From assembly GCA_963739455.1 (NCBI GenBank), contig CAVUAK010000002.1:224001-288000 (forward strand): 64,000 nt of DNA, read 5' to 3'. The stretch comes from an uncultured Gemmatimonadales bacterium. GTDB lineage: Bacteria > Gemmatimonadota > Gemmatimonadetes > Gemmatimonadales > GWC2-71-9. The notes beneath the pieces were generated by a model, which saw only the letters and a list, made by a program, of their open reading frames with translations, made no database searches and was not told where the DNA came from. Below, in pieces: positions 23,081 through 31,851 of the stretch; the first letter of the stretch is position 1, and each line of letters begins with the position of its first letter. A program made the position numbers and the translations under genes.

Positions 23081-23097
23081 GTCAAGGTCGCGTCAAG
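23081..23097. promoter_or_regulatory. candidate wHTH/SARP-type direct-repeat operator GTCAAG-N5-GTCAAG
   Basis: Perfect hexamer repeat at 11-bp period between the operon and its divergent BTAD regulator. Confidence 0.45.
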
Positions 23098-23236
23098 ACG
23101 GGCTGCACCCGTTTGCCATGTGGCTGTGCGGCGGGTACGTTCGGACTATGCACAGCACCCGTCCCCTGCTTGTGGGCCGCGCCGTGACTCGCTCCAGGTG
23201 GAGCAGGTCACGGCGCTGTTTGCAGGAGGCTCCTGC

Positions 23237-25909
23237 GTGCTGCAGCTGAGGCTGCTCGGGTCCCTGGATTTCCAGGATCGGTCGGGCACCGAGATTCGCG
23301 CCGTACTGCAGCAGCCCAAGCGTCTTGCCCTCCTCGCCTACCTCGCACTCACCCCCGCTGCCGGCTTCCGCCGGCGTGACTCCCTGCTTGGCCTGTTCTG
23401 GCCCGACCTGGATGCCGAGCACGCCCGTGGCGCGCTCCGTCGCTCCCTCTACTTCCTTCGCCGTGCCTGCGGGGATGACGTGATCGTGTCGCGCGGCGAG
23501 GACGACATCGGCATCCGGGCGGAGGCCCTCTGGTGTGACGTGCCTGCATTCGAGCAGGCGCTTGCCGCGGGAGGGCACACCGAGGCGCTCGCGTTGTACC
23601 GGGGGGAATTGCTGGACGGGTTCTACGTCGCCGGTGCGCCGGCGATGGAGCAGTGGCTGGATGGCGAACGCGTCCGGCTCCGCGCCGGGGCGGCGCGGGC
23701 GGCATGGAGCGCGTGCGATGCGGCCGGGCCGACCGCCGTGGGCGCGATGTGGGCACGGCGCGCCGTCGACCTCGCGCCTCTCGAGGACCGCGGCGTGCGC
23801 CGGCTGCTCACGGTCCTCGAAAAGACCGGCAACGCCGCGGGCGCCATCCAGGCGTTCGAGGAGTTCACTGCGCGCCTGCTCCGCGACCTCGACCTCGAGC
23901 CCTCCGTGGAGACGGCGGCGCTGGCAAGCGCGATCCGCAAGCGGACATCACAGCCGGCAGGCGCGACGCCGGGGCCGGCCACCATTGCATCGCCCGGCGT
24001 CGGGGCCGTGCCAGGCGCGCCACCCGCCGCCGCGCCGCTGCCTGGCAACGTGCTCGCGGTCTGTGCATTCGTTGTGCGCGGCGCCCACGATCTCGACTAT
24101 CTGCGCGAGGGCATGATCGACCTGCTGAGCAACGCACTCGACGGCGCGGGTGACCTGCGCACGGTCGATCCTCGTGCGGTGCTGGCAGCCCCGCTGGCGG
24201 ATGCCGACGCCTCAGATGGTGGCGATACCGACACGCTCGCGCGGGCAGTCGGCGCGGGGCTCCTGATAACCGGTACCGTCATCCGGGCCGGCGGGCATAT
24301 CCGCATCAGCGCGGTGCTGCGTCGCACAGGACAGGGAACCATTGGGCGGGTGGACGCCGAGGCGGTTGGCGAGGACGGCCTGTTCGCCGCCGTGGATGAA
24401 CTCGCTCGCGGACTCGTGACGCTCCTGAGCCAGGCACCGGGCACGCACTCCGCGCAGCTCGCCGCGCGCACCAGTGCCTCGTGGCCCGCCCTCAAGGCGT
24501 TCCTGCAGGGGGAGCACGACTTCCGGCTCGGCCGTCACCCCCGCGCAATGGCGGCGTTCGAGCGCGCGGTCGAACTGGACGGGTCCTTCGCCCTGGCGCA
24601 CTATCGTCTTGCAGGCACCCGCGCCGCGGCGGCGCTCCTCGTGCCGGCGCGTCACGCCTGTCGCACCGCCGGTGTGCTGGGCAGCACGCTCGCGACCGGC
24701 GCGCGCAGGATGATCGAGGCGCAGGACGCGTGGCTCCACGGCAGGCTCGCGCTTGCGGAGCAACGCTATGCCGCAGTCGTGGCCGAGCACCCGGAGAATG
24801 TCGAGGCCTGGTACCTGCTCGGCGACGTCCTCTTCCACGGCAATCCCTGTCGCGGGCGGAGCCCGGTCGAGGCGCGGCCGGCGCTGCAGCGCGCGCTGAC
24901 GCTCGATGGCTCGCATGTGGGAGCACTGGGCAAGCTGGCGCGCATTGCCGCCATGGAAGGAGAAGACGCGACTCTCGACCTGTACGTCGACCGGGTCAAC
25001 GAGCTCACCCCGGCCAGCGAGCAAGCCCTGTCGCTGCGGGCCATGCGCGCCTTCCGTCGCGGCGACATCGCGGAGTTGCTCCGCGTCGCTGGAGACTTCC
25101 GCTCCACGCGCATGTTCGCCGTGGGCGTCGTTCTCGCCGACGCCGCACTTTTCTCCGGTCGCCTCGAGTCGGTGGAGTCGATCGCGCGAGAGGTGATTCC
25201 ACGCGTACCTTCCGCCGAGCTGAGGGCCCTGGGACATCTCTTCCTCGCGGAGGCGGCGCTGGCACAGGATCGACCTGCCGACGCGCTGAAGGACTATGAG
25301 GTCGCGGGAGAACTGGATCCGGCGTGGTCACTCACCGTGCGTGGGCTGCGGGCAGCGACCGGCGCCCTTCCCGCCACGCCGAGCCAGCTTGACCTGCTGC
25401 AGGAGGAGCTGGAGCGCTGGAACGCCAGCGCCGAGCTGGCTCGCGTCAGCCTGCCGCTGGTGCTGCATGATGGCCTCTACGGCCACATCCGGGCCCACGT
25501 CGCCGGCCTGGTGGCGGCCCGACGAGGCGACCTCACGGCCACCGCGCGCTGGAGCGAGGAGCTGGCCGAACTCGCGGTGCCGGACGGCGCGGAAGTCCTG
25601 ACTGAGAACATGCTCCGCACGCTGCAGGCAACGATGCGCAGCGGACAGGACGATCCTGCGGGCGGGTTGCATGCACTCGAGGGAGCCCACACCGAGGTCT
25701 GGTTCCAGTATGCCATGGCGTCGCCGGTGTTCGCCGGCGTGGAAGGCCGGCTGCTCCGCGCGGAGTTCCTCTACCAGCTCGGGCGCGGCCGTGAGGCGGT
25801 CGGCTGGCTGGAGACCATCGGCTGGCACTCGGTGTGGGAATTGAGCCATCGCGCGCGGGCGGCGCGCCGCGCCCGGGAGATCTGTGCTTCAATGGAGGCG
25901 ACAGCGTAG
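23237..25909 (+). CDS. AfsR/SARP-like transcriptional activator (wHTH-BTAD, TolB-N-like, TPR)
   Basis: GGAGG RBS and GTG; QPKRLALLAYLA, RDSLLGLFWP, ALYRGELLDGF, QWLDGER, PLEDRGVRRLL (BTAD); LREGMIDLLS...LRTVD; TPR repeats. Confidence 0.88.
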   Translation: MLQLRLLGSLDFQDRSGTEIRAVLQQPKRLALLAYLALTPAAGFRRRDSLLGLFWPDLDAEHARGALRRSLYFLRRACGDDVIVSRGEDDIGIRAEALWCDVPAFEQALAAGGHTEALALYRGELLDGFYVAGAPAMEQWLDGERVRLRAGAARAAWSACDAAGPTAVGAMWARRAVDLAPLEDRGVRRLLTVLEKTGNAAGAIQAFEEFTARLLRDLDLEPSVETAALASAIRKRTSQPAGATPGPATIASPGVGAVPGAPPAAAPLPGNVLAVCAFVVRGAHDLDYLREGMIDLLSNALDGAGDLRTVDPRAVLAAPLADADASDGGDTDTLARAVGAGLLITGTVIRAGGHIRISAVLRRTGQGTIGRVDAEAVGEDGLFAAVDELARGLVTLLSQAPGTHSAQLAARTSASWPALKAFLQGEHDFRLGRHPRAMAAFERAVELDGSFALAHYRLAGTRAAAALLVPARHACRTAGVLGSTLATGARRMIEAQDAWLHGRLALAEQRYAAVVAEHPENVEAWYLLGDVLFHGNPCRGRSPVEARPALQRALTLDGSHVGALGKLARIAAMEGEDATLDLYVDRVNELTPASEQALSLRAMRAFRRGDIAELLRVAGDFRSTRMFAVGVVLADAALFSGRLESVESIAREVIPRVPSAELRALGHLFLAEAALAQDRPADALKDYEVAGELDPAWSLTVRGLRAATGALPATPSQLDLLQEELERWNASAELARVSLPLVLHDGLYGHIRAHVAGLVAARRGDLTATARWSEELAELAVPDGAEVLTENMLRTLQATMRSGQDDPAGGLHALEGAHTEVWFQYAMASPVFAGVEGRLLRAEFLYQLGRGREAVGWLETIGWHSVWELSHRARAARRAREICASMEATA

Positions 25910-26424
25910 TGTCCGACGCCAGCGAGGAATTGCGGTCGCGGCAGGCGCCGCTCAAGGAACGTTATCGTGATGACGCCGGGGCTGCGGTCATCCTCCTCAA
26001 GGCGACAGCGTCACTCGACGCCGCAGGCGTGGCCTGCCGCGTCGACACCGGTCGCGCCCTGGTCGAGGCGGGGTTGCATCCGGCTACCGGAGGCTCGGGG
26101 CTCCAGGCCTGTTCGGGTGACATGCTGCTCGAGGCCCTCGCCGCCTGTGCCGGCGTCACCATGCGCGCGGTGGCGACGTCCCTGGAAATTCCGGTGCGCG
26201 GCGGCCATATCGAGGTGGAGGGCGACCTGGACGTGAGGGGAACGCTGGGCGTGAGCAAGGAGGCGCCGGTGGGATTTCGCGCCATCCGCATCCGCTTCCT
26301 GCTCGATACAGACGCCGGCCCCGAGCAGCTGGCGACATTGCTCAAGCTGACCGAGCGCTACTGCGTGGTACTGCAGACCCTGCGGACGCCACCGGTCCTC
26401 ACCGCGACGATGGCCGGCGCCTGA
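25909..26424 (+). CDS. OsmC-family protein
   Basis: QAPLKERY, ACSGDMLLEALAACAG, LTERYCVV. Confidence 0.88.
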   Translation: MSDASEELRSRQAPLKERYRDDAGAAVILLKATASLDAAGVACRVDTGRALVEAGLHPATGGSGLQACSGDMLLEALAACAGVTMRAVATSLEIPVRGGHIEVEGDLDVRGTLGVSKEAPVGFRAIRIRFLLDTDAGPEQLATLLKLTERYCVVLQTLRTPPVLTATMAGA

Positions 26425-26425
26425 C

Positions 26426-27211
26426 CTATCGCACGTCGAGGTCGATGAGCACCCCGAGGGCGAGCCCGAGCTGGGGATCGAGTCCGCCTCGCCCACCCTG
26501 GCGGAGGTCGAACATCACCCTGCCCTGCACCAGGTCGCGCCGCTCCAGCATGCCGAGGGGCGCCCCGCCCGGGGAGATGAGCGCGAAGTTCGAGCGCAAC
26601 GCAGGAACCGCCCAGCCGAGCAGCCGCGCCAAGATGGCCCGTGGGATCGAATCCTCCCGCGCCTTCACCACCGCCGCGCCATCGGCCCCGTAGAGCACCC
26701 ACTGTGTGCGCAAGAGCGAGCTGAGGTAGTTTCGCCGGATGGTGCCAAGCAACCGACCCTTCGCCCCGGTCACGCTGCACGACACCTCGAAGGCACGCGA
26801 CCGGGCCGCCTGCTTCACTTCCAGTACCTTCTCGGCGGGGCGCTCCCGACGGCCGAACGTCGCGAGGCGGCTTCCCACCAGTGCCGGATACACCGCGACG
26901 GCGGCGAGGAAGCCCAGGACGGCACCCACCACCACTGCCGACCACTTGATCACCGTGCCACCCATGCTGTCACCGAAGGAGCTGATGAAGCCCAGGATGA
27001 TCAGCCCCGTGGCGACGCTCGCGAGGAACGCCACGACGCCTCGACCGGCTGCCCCCCTCTTCACCAGCAGGAGCATATGCCCGTCGGATGAACTGACCGC
27101 GTATTGCTGGCCCGCGGGCAGCTTCAATGGCGCGAGCATGTACAGGTCGCGCTCGAACACTGTATCGGTGGCTGGCGCCGTGTCCGGCGCGGTCTCAACC
27201 TTGGCTGGCAT
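26426..27211 (-). CDS. LURP-one/scramblase-like protein with inserted TM hairpin
   Basis: Repeated Y/F-x-V...G..LG.I.R beta units and C-terminal [14 protein letters not shown] helix; two TM segments after the first strands. Confidence 0.6.
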   Translation of the reverse strand: MPAKVETAPDTAPATDTVFERDLYMLAPLKLPAGQQYAVSSSDGHMLLLVKRGAAGRGVVAFLASVATGLIILGFISSFGDSMGGTVIKWSAVVVGAVLGFLAAVAVYPALVGSRLATFGRRERPAEKVLEVKQAARSRAFEVSCSVTGAKGRLLGTIRRNYLSSLLRTQWVLYGADGAAVVKAREDSIPRAILARLLGWAVPALRSNFALISPGGAPLGMLERRDLVQGRVMFDLRQGGRGGLDPQLGLALGVLIDLDVR

Positions 27212-27285
27212 TGCGTGCTCCCGTCGCCTCCCCTTATTTCTCCGCGCTCGACTGTTCGTCACCCGCTGGTGTCGCTGAGGACCTC

Positions 27286-27780
27286 ATGCCGCAACCGCTC
27301 GTCGGCATTGTCATGGGCAGTGATTCCGACTGGGAAACGATGCAGGCGGCGGCCCGCCAGCTCACCCAGCTCGACATTCCGTTTGAATCACGCGTCGTGT
27401 CTGCGCACCGCACGCCCGACCTGCTGTTCGACTATGCGGCCGGCGCGGCCGCGCGCGGGCTCAAGTGCATCATTGCCGGGGCCGGGGGCGCGGCGCACCT
27501 GCCAGGCATGCTCGCGAGCAAGACGGCGCTCCCCATCCTCGGCGTCCCCGTGAGTTCCCGTCAGCTCAAGGGCATCGACTCCCTGCTCTCGATTGTCCAG
27601 ATGCCCGCCGGAATTCCCGTCGCCACCTTCGCCATAGGCGAGGCGGGTGCCACCAACGCCGCGCTCTATGCCGCCGCGATCCTCGCCCTCAGCGACGCGG
27701 CGCTCGCGAAGCGGCTCACCGCCCTGCGTGACGCACAGACCCAGCGGGTGCTCGGTCTCTCGCTGCCGGATCCCAGTTGA
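27286..27780 (+). CDS. purE: N5-CAIR mutase
   Basis: [29 protein letters not shown]. Confidence 0.96.
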   Translation: MPQPLVGIVMGSDSDWETMQAAARQLTQLDIPFESRVVSAHRTPDLLFDYAAGAAARGLKCIIAGAGGAAHLPGMLASKTALPILGVPVSSRQLKGIDSLLSIVQMPAGIPVATFAIGEAGATNAALYAAAILALSDAALAKRLTALRDAQTQRVLGLSLPDPS

Positions 27781-28907
27781 TCCTGCCGGGTGCCACGCTC
27801 GGCGTGCTTGGCGGCGGGCAGCTCGGGCGCATGTTTGCGCTCAGGGCGCGCGTCATGGGCTATCGCGTCGTGGTGCTGGAGCCCGATCCGCGCAGTCCCG
27901 CCGGCCAGGTTGCCGACCACCAGATAGTTGCTGCATACGACGACGCGTCCGCGCTCGATCAGCTCGCCGATCAATGTGCCGCCGTGACCACCGAATTCGA
28001 GAATGTCCCTGCTCCCGTGCTCGAGCGTCTCGCCGCTCGCCTGCCCGTAAGCCCGTCGCCGGCGTCTGTCGCCATTGCCCAGGACCGAACGGCAGAGAAG
28101 GGCTTCCTTGCGAGCGCGGGATTTCGCGCGGCGCCCTTTGCGCGGGTCCCGCGAGAGGCGGACCTCACCGAGGCCCTGAAAGCAATCGGCGTGCCCGCGC
28201 TGCTCAAGACGAGCCGGCTGGGGTATGACGGGAAGGGTCAGGCCCTGATTGGCGCCCCAGGGGACGCGCTGGAGGCATTCCAGCGGCTTGGGGGCGTAGC
28301 CTGCGTCCTGGAACGGAAACTCGACCTGGAGCGTGAGGTATCCGTGGTGCTGGCCCGTGGGCGGGACGGGAGCGTGGCCGCCTTTCCTCCCGCGGAGAAC
28401 GTGCACCGTCACGGCATTCTGCATACGTCGACGGTGCCGGCTCGCGTGCCGCAGGCGCTCGCTGCCGAGGCGATGGCGCTCGCCACCGACGTCGCGACCG
28501 CATTGCAGTATGTTGGCGTGCTGGCGGTGGAGATATTCGTGGCCGATGGCGGCACGCTGTATGTCAACGAGCTTGCGCCGCGACCCCACAACAGTGGGCA
28601 CTACACCATCGATGCCTGCACCGTCGACCAGTTCGAGCAGCAGGTGCGTACCATGACCGGCCTGCCGCTCGGCAAGCCTGAATTGCTCAGTGCCTGCTGC
28701 ATGGTGAACGTGCTCGGCGACTCATGGGCGCATGGGACACCACGGTGGGACCGCGCGCTGGCGTTGCCGGGAGTGAAGCTTCATCTCTATGGGAAGGCAG
28801 AGCCGCGCGCCGGAAGGAAGATGGGTCACCTGACGTGTCTTGCAGCGACGCCCGATGAGGCCCTGCTGCTTGCTACCACTGCTCATGCCGTGATATCCGC
28901 GGCCTGA
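27777..28907 (+). CDS. purK: N5-CAIR synthetase
   Basis: [42 protein letters not shown]...RKMGH. Confidence 0.96.
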   Translation: MILPGATLGVLGGGQLGRMFALRARVMGYRVVVLEPDPRSPAGQVADHQIVAAYDDASALDQLADQCAAVTTEFENVPAPVLERLAARLPVSPSPASVAIAQDRTAEKGFLASAGFRAAPFARVPREADLTEALKAIGVPALLKTSRLGYDGKGQALIGAPGDALEAFQRLGGVACVLERKLDLEREVSVVLARGRDGSVAAFPPAENVHRHGILHTSTVPARVPQALAAEAMALATDVATALQYVGVLAVEIFVADGGTLYVNELAPRPHNSGHYTIDACTVDQFEQQVRTMTGLPLGKPELLSACCMVNVLGDSWAHGTPRWDRALALPGVKLHLYGKAEPRAGRKMGHLTCLAATPDEALLLATTAHAVISAA

Positions 28908-28937
28908 GCCCCCACGAAGATCCTGGAGGGAACAACC

Positions 28938-29507
28938 ATGCTGTTGATCGCCACGCTGGTTTCACTGCTCGGCCCGGCGCCGGTTCCTGTCGCCGCCGTG
29001 GGCGGGTGTATCACGATGAACACGGAGAAGCTGCCGCTCAACAAGCGGGTCAGCCCCCTCGACTCGATCTCGTTCAAGGTAGAGAAGAGCAACGTCAAGC
29101 TCTGCTACGGCCGGCCGTCGCTGAAGGGCCGCACGATGATCGGCGGAGAGGCTGTTCCGTACGGAAAGATCTGGCGTACCGGGTCGAACGAGCCGACCAT
29201 GATCCACACCGATGGCCCGCTCGAGATCGCCGGCGTGAAGGTACCGGCTGGCACCTACTCGCTCTACACGGTGCCCGGCGAGAAGGAGTGGGAAGTGATC
29301 GTCAACAAGTCGATCACCCAGTGGGGACACGAGAGCACCTACACCCCCGAGGTGCAGGCCCAGGAAGTCGGCCGCGGCAAGGTGAAGTCGGAGACGCTCA
29401 AGGCGCCGGTGGAAAAGCTGACCTTTACCGCCGACCCGAATGCCGAAAAGACCAAGGAGCTCGTCCTCACCTGGCAGACCACCCGCGTCGCGATTCCGCT
29501 GAAGTGA
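28938..29507 (+). CDS. DUF2911-domain secreted protein
   Basis: YGRPSLKGR...VPYGKIWRTGSNEPT...AGTYSLYTVP. Confidence 0.85.
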   Translation: MLLIATLVSLLGPAPVPVAAVGGCITMNTEKLPLNKRVSPLDSISFKVEKSNVKLCYGRPSLKGRTMIGGEAVPYGKIWRTGSNEPTMIHTDGPLEIAGVKVPAGTYSLYTVPGEKEWEVIVNKSITQWGHESTYTPEVQAQEVGRGKVKSETLKAPVEKLTFTADPNAEKTKELVLTWQTTRVAIPLK

Positions 29508-29521
29508 GCTGAAGATCGAGA

Positions 29522-29544
29522 GGGGCGGCAGTTCCTGCCGCCCC
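29522..29544. terminator. GC hairpin between convergent genes
   Basis: GGGGCGGCAG-TTC-CTGCCGCCCC perfect 10-bp stem; no U-tract. Confidence 0.5.
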
Positions 29545-29551
29545 AGCCGGA

Positions 29552-30802
29552 CTACCGGCTACCCGCCGCGATTCGCTCCACACCCGCCAGCACCCGCTCC
29601 ACTTCGCTTGCCGTCGAGTAGATCGAGAGTCCGACGCGAAGCAGCCCCTCTCGTGCAAACCCCAGCCGCTGCACCACCGTCGTCGCATAGAAGTCGCCGC
29701 TCGACGCGAAGACTCCCTCGGTCGCCAAGGCTACCGCCGCGTCATGCGCGGTCACCCCGGCGATGCTCATCGAGACGGTCCCGGTGCGGGGACGCGATGG
29801 TGCCGGGCCGTAACGCGTAACACCCTTGATCGCGCCAAGCCCCTCCCAGAGCCGGGCGAACAGCGCCAGCTCGCGCTCGTGCTGGGTGGCATAGAGACGG
29901 GCCAGCCGCTGCCGACGGCTACCCCCCTCCGCCAGCGAGGCGAGCCATTCTACGGCAGCACCCGCCCCCGCAATGCCCTCATGGTTCAGCGTTCCCGTTT
30001 CCAGCCGCTCCGGCACGGACTCGGGCGCCGGCTCGAGCTTGGGAAGGTCCAGTGACTTCATCCGGTCGCGCCGGCCGTAGAGGACGCCGACGTGTGGCCC
30101 ATAGAACTTGTAAGTCGAGCAGGCGAGGAAATCGCAGCCGAGCGCTCGCACGTCCACCAGCCGGTGGGGGGCGAAGTGGACCGCGTCCACGAAGACCAGG
30201 GCCCCCACCCCCCGTGCGATCTCCCTCGCCTTGGCGACGTCCGTGATGGTGCCCAAGGCGTTCGAGGCGGCCCCGATGGCCAGGAGCCGGGTCTTGGGGC
30301 CGATGGCTCGCCCGAGGGCCTCCCAGTCCAATTCACCGGTCTCCGGCCGGAATCGAACCACGTTCAGGGTCACCCCGCGTTCCCGGGCCACCGCCTGCCA
30401 GGGGCCAACGTTGGCGTGGTGGTCCAGCTCCGTGATCACGACTTCATCGCCGGGACCCCAGCGCCGACCCAGGGCCCTCGCCAGATGGAATGTCAGGGTG
30501 GTCATGTTGGCCCCGAACGCCACCTCGTCCGGATCGGCGTTGAGGAAGTCGGCCATGGCTCCGCGGGCCCCGGCGATGATCCCGTCGGTCTCCTCGCTGG
30601 TGGGGTAGGCCCAGTGGGTGTTCGCGTTGTGATGCGCCAGATAGTCGGCCACCGCGTCAATGACGCGCTGGGGCACCTGTGTGCCGCCTGGCCCGTCAAA
30701 GTAGGCCACCGGCTGGCCAGCATGTCGGCGGCTTAGCGCCGGGAATGATTGCCGAATAGCCTCGACCGATTGCACCTGATCCGCGAGCAGATCCACCGTC
30801 AT
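29552..30802 (-). CDS. cysteine desulfurase-like class V PLP enzyme (VC1184-type subfamily)
   Basis: YFDGPGGTQVP, LDHHANVGPW, DAVHFAPH, CSTYKFYGPH (PLP Lys); SSGDFYA replaces the catalytic-Cys motif. Confidence 0.88.
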   Translation of the reverse strand: MTVDLLADQVQSVEAIRQSFPALSRRHAGQPVAYFDGPGGTQVPQRVIDAVADYLAHHNANTHWAYPTSEETDGIIAGARGAMADFLNADPDEVAFGANMTTLTFHLARALGRRWGPGDEVVITELDHHANVGPWQAVARERGVTLNVVRFRPETGELDWEALGRAIGPKTRLLAIGAASNALGTITDVAKAREIARGVGALVFVDAVHFAPHRLVDVRALGCDFLACSTYKFYGPHVGVLYGRRDRMKSLDLPKLEPAPESVPERLETGTLNHEGIAGAGAAVEWLASLAEGGSRRQRLARLYATQHERELALFARLWEGLGAIKGVTRYGPAPSRPRTGTVSMSIAGVTAHDAAVALATEGVFASSGDFYATTVVQRLGFAREGLLRVGLSIYSTASEVERVLAGVERIAAGSR

Positions 30803-31001
30803 GAACACTCCGAGAAATTACACGAGGTTTGCGTGCTTAAACTGCTGTCAATAAGATATTTACACGTTGCTTGAGAACGAGACGGCATGGTGCTTTCGGG
30901 TCGGGACATGCCCCAATATGCATGTGAGAATAGCCTGAGAAACCACTTGAGGTCCCGTCCCTCCCCTGCGCGAGCTGAAGATGCCGCCGCATGTGGAAAA
31001 G

Positions 31002-31037
31002 CAAAAGAGGGCCAACCCAAAGGCTGGCCCTCTTTTG
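31002..31037 (-). terminator. intrinsic terminator downstream of ssrA
   Basis: Minus strand CAAAAGAGGGCCAGCC-TTTG-GGTTGGCCCTCTTTTG followed by CTTTT. Confidence 0.85.
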
Positions 31038-31043
31038 TCCGAG

Positions 31044-31405
31044 TGGAGGCGCAGGGAATCGAACCCTGGTCCGAGACAGGCTCCAAAACAGCGTCTACGT
31101 GCGTAGGCCAGCCTTTTCGCCGTCGCGTTCAGCTGGTGACTGACCAGCCCTCTGAACGTCTATTCCCGAGAGATCTCGCCGACTCCGTCGGGACCCCGGA
31201 GCCAGCCAGCCCGGATTTTCGATTCGACACCGACGCCCCGGACGGGCTTCGTTGCCGAAGGTGCGTGAAGCGAGCGTTAGCTCAGCTTACGCAGCCAGCG
31301 CCAGATCAGAATTGGCGTTTGAATCGTTCCAAGTGGTTTAGCCAGGATCCTGGACCTGGGCACGCTGCCATTCCTTCATCTGACCCGTCGAAGCCGATCG
31401 CCCCC
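31044..31405 (-). ncRNA. ssrA: tmRNA; tag peptide ANSDLALAA at 31287-31316
   Basis: 5' GGGGGCGATCGGCTTCGACGG; 3' T-arm CAGGGTTCGATTCCCTG and acceptor CGCCTCCA; internal GCCAATTCTGATCTGGCGCTGGCTGCGTAA. Confidence 0.95.
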
Positions 31406-31478
31406 GGGTTGCCACAAATATAGCCTATCTTGGGTCCAGCGGTCCGTCCCGTCCCCACCCCCCTTCGGAGACTCCAAG

Positions 31479-31841
31479 ATGAAGCGACTCGGCGGCATCC
31501 TCACCACTCTGGCCCTCGCGGCCACCCTCACTGCAACAGGCCACGCCCAGACGGCCGCGGCACCACCGACGCCGCAGCAGCAGGCCGAGGCCCTCACCCA
31601 GAAAATGACTGCCCAGCTCAAGCTGACGCCGGCGCAAGTCCCCCAGGTGAGCCAGATCAACACCTCGGCGCTGACGACCATTTCCGAGATCAAGGCCAAG
31701 GGGGGCAGGAAGCTGAAGGAGGACAAGAGCCTCAAGAGCGCCATGGACGACTGGGATACGGGGCTCAAGGGCGTCCTGACTGGCGAGCAGTACAGCGGAT
31801 GGCAGCAGATGCAGCAGGCGATGAAGGACCAGAAGCAGTAG
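31479..31841 (+). CDS. small secreted helical protein (LTxxQ motifs, Spy/CpxP-like)
   Basis: Signal peptide; LKLTPAQ and VLTGEQY motifs; GGAG RBS. Confidence 0.7.
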   Translation: MKRLGGILTTLALAATLTATGHAQTAAAPPTPQQQAEALTQKMTAQLKLTPAQVPQVSQINTSALTTISEIKAKGGRKLKEDKSLKSAMDDWDTGLKGVLTGEQYSGWQQMQQAMKDQKQ

Positions 31842-31851
31842 GCCTGACGAC

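Noticed and set aside
25893..25900. TGGAGGCG matching the ssrA 3' end as a possible att site
   Set aside because: Only 8 bp, it doubles as the osmC Shine-Dalgarno, and no integrase is present.
27212..27285. Purine or ZTP riboswitch upstream of purE, or upstream of guaA
   Set aside because: The purE spacer is short with no recognisable aptamer motif, and guaA has no leader because it overlaps lysA.
31044..31075. Standalone tRNA-Ala
   Set aside because: The T-arm and acceptor pair with a 5' end about 360 nt away and enclose a tag ORF, so it is tmRNA.
30887..31423. 178-aa ORF antisense to ssrA
   Set aside because: Overlaps the tmRNA and its terminator; no recognisable protein features.
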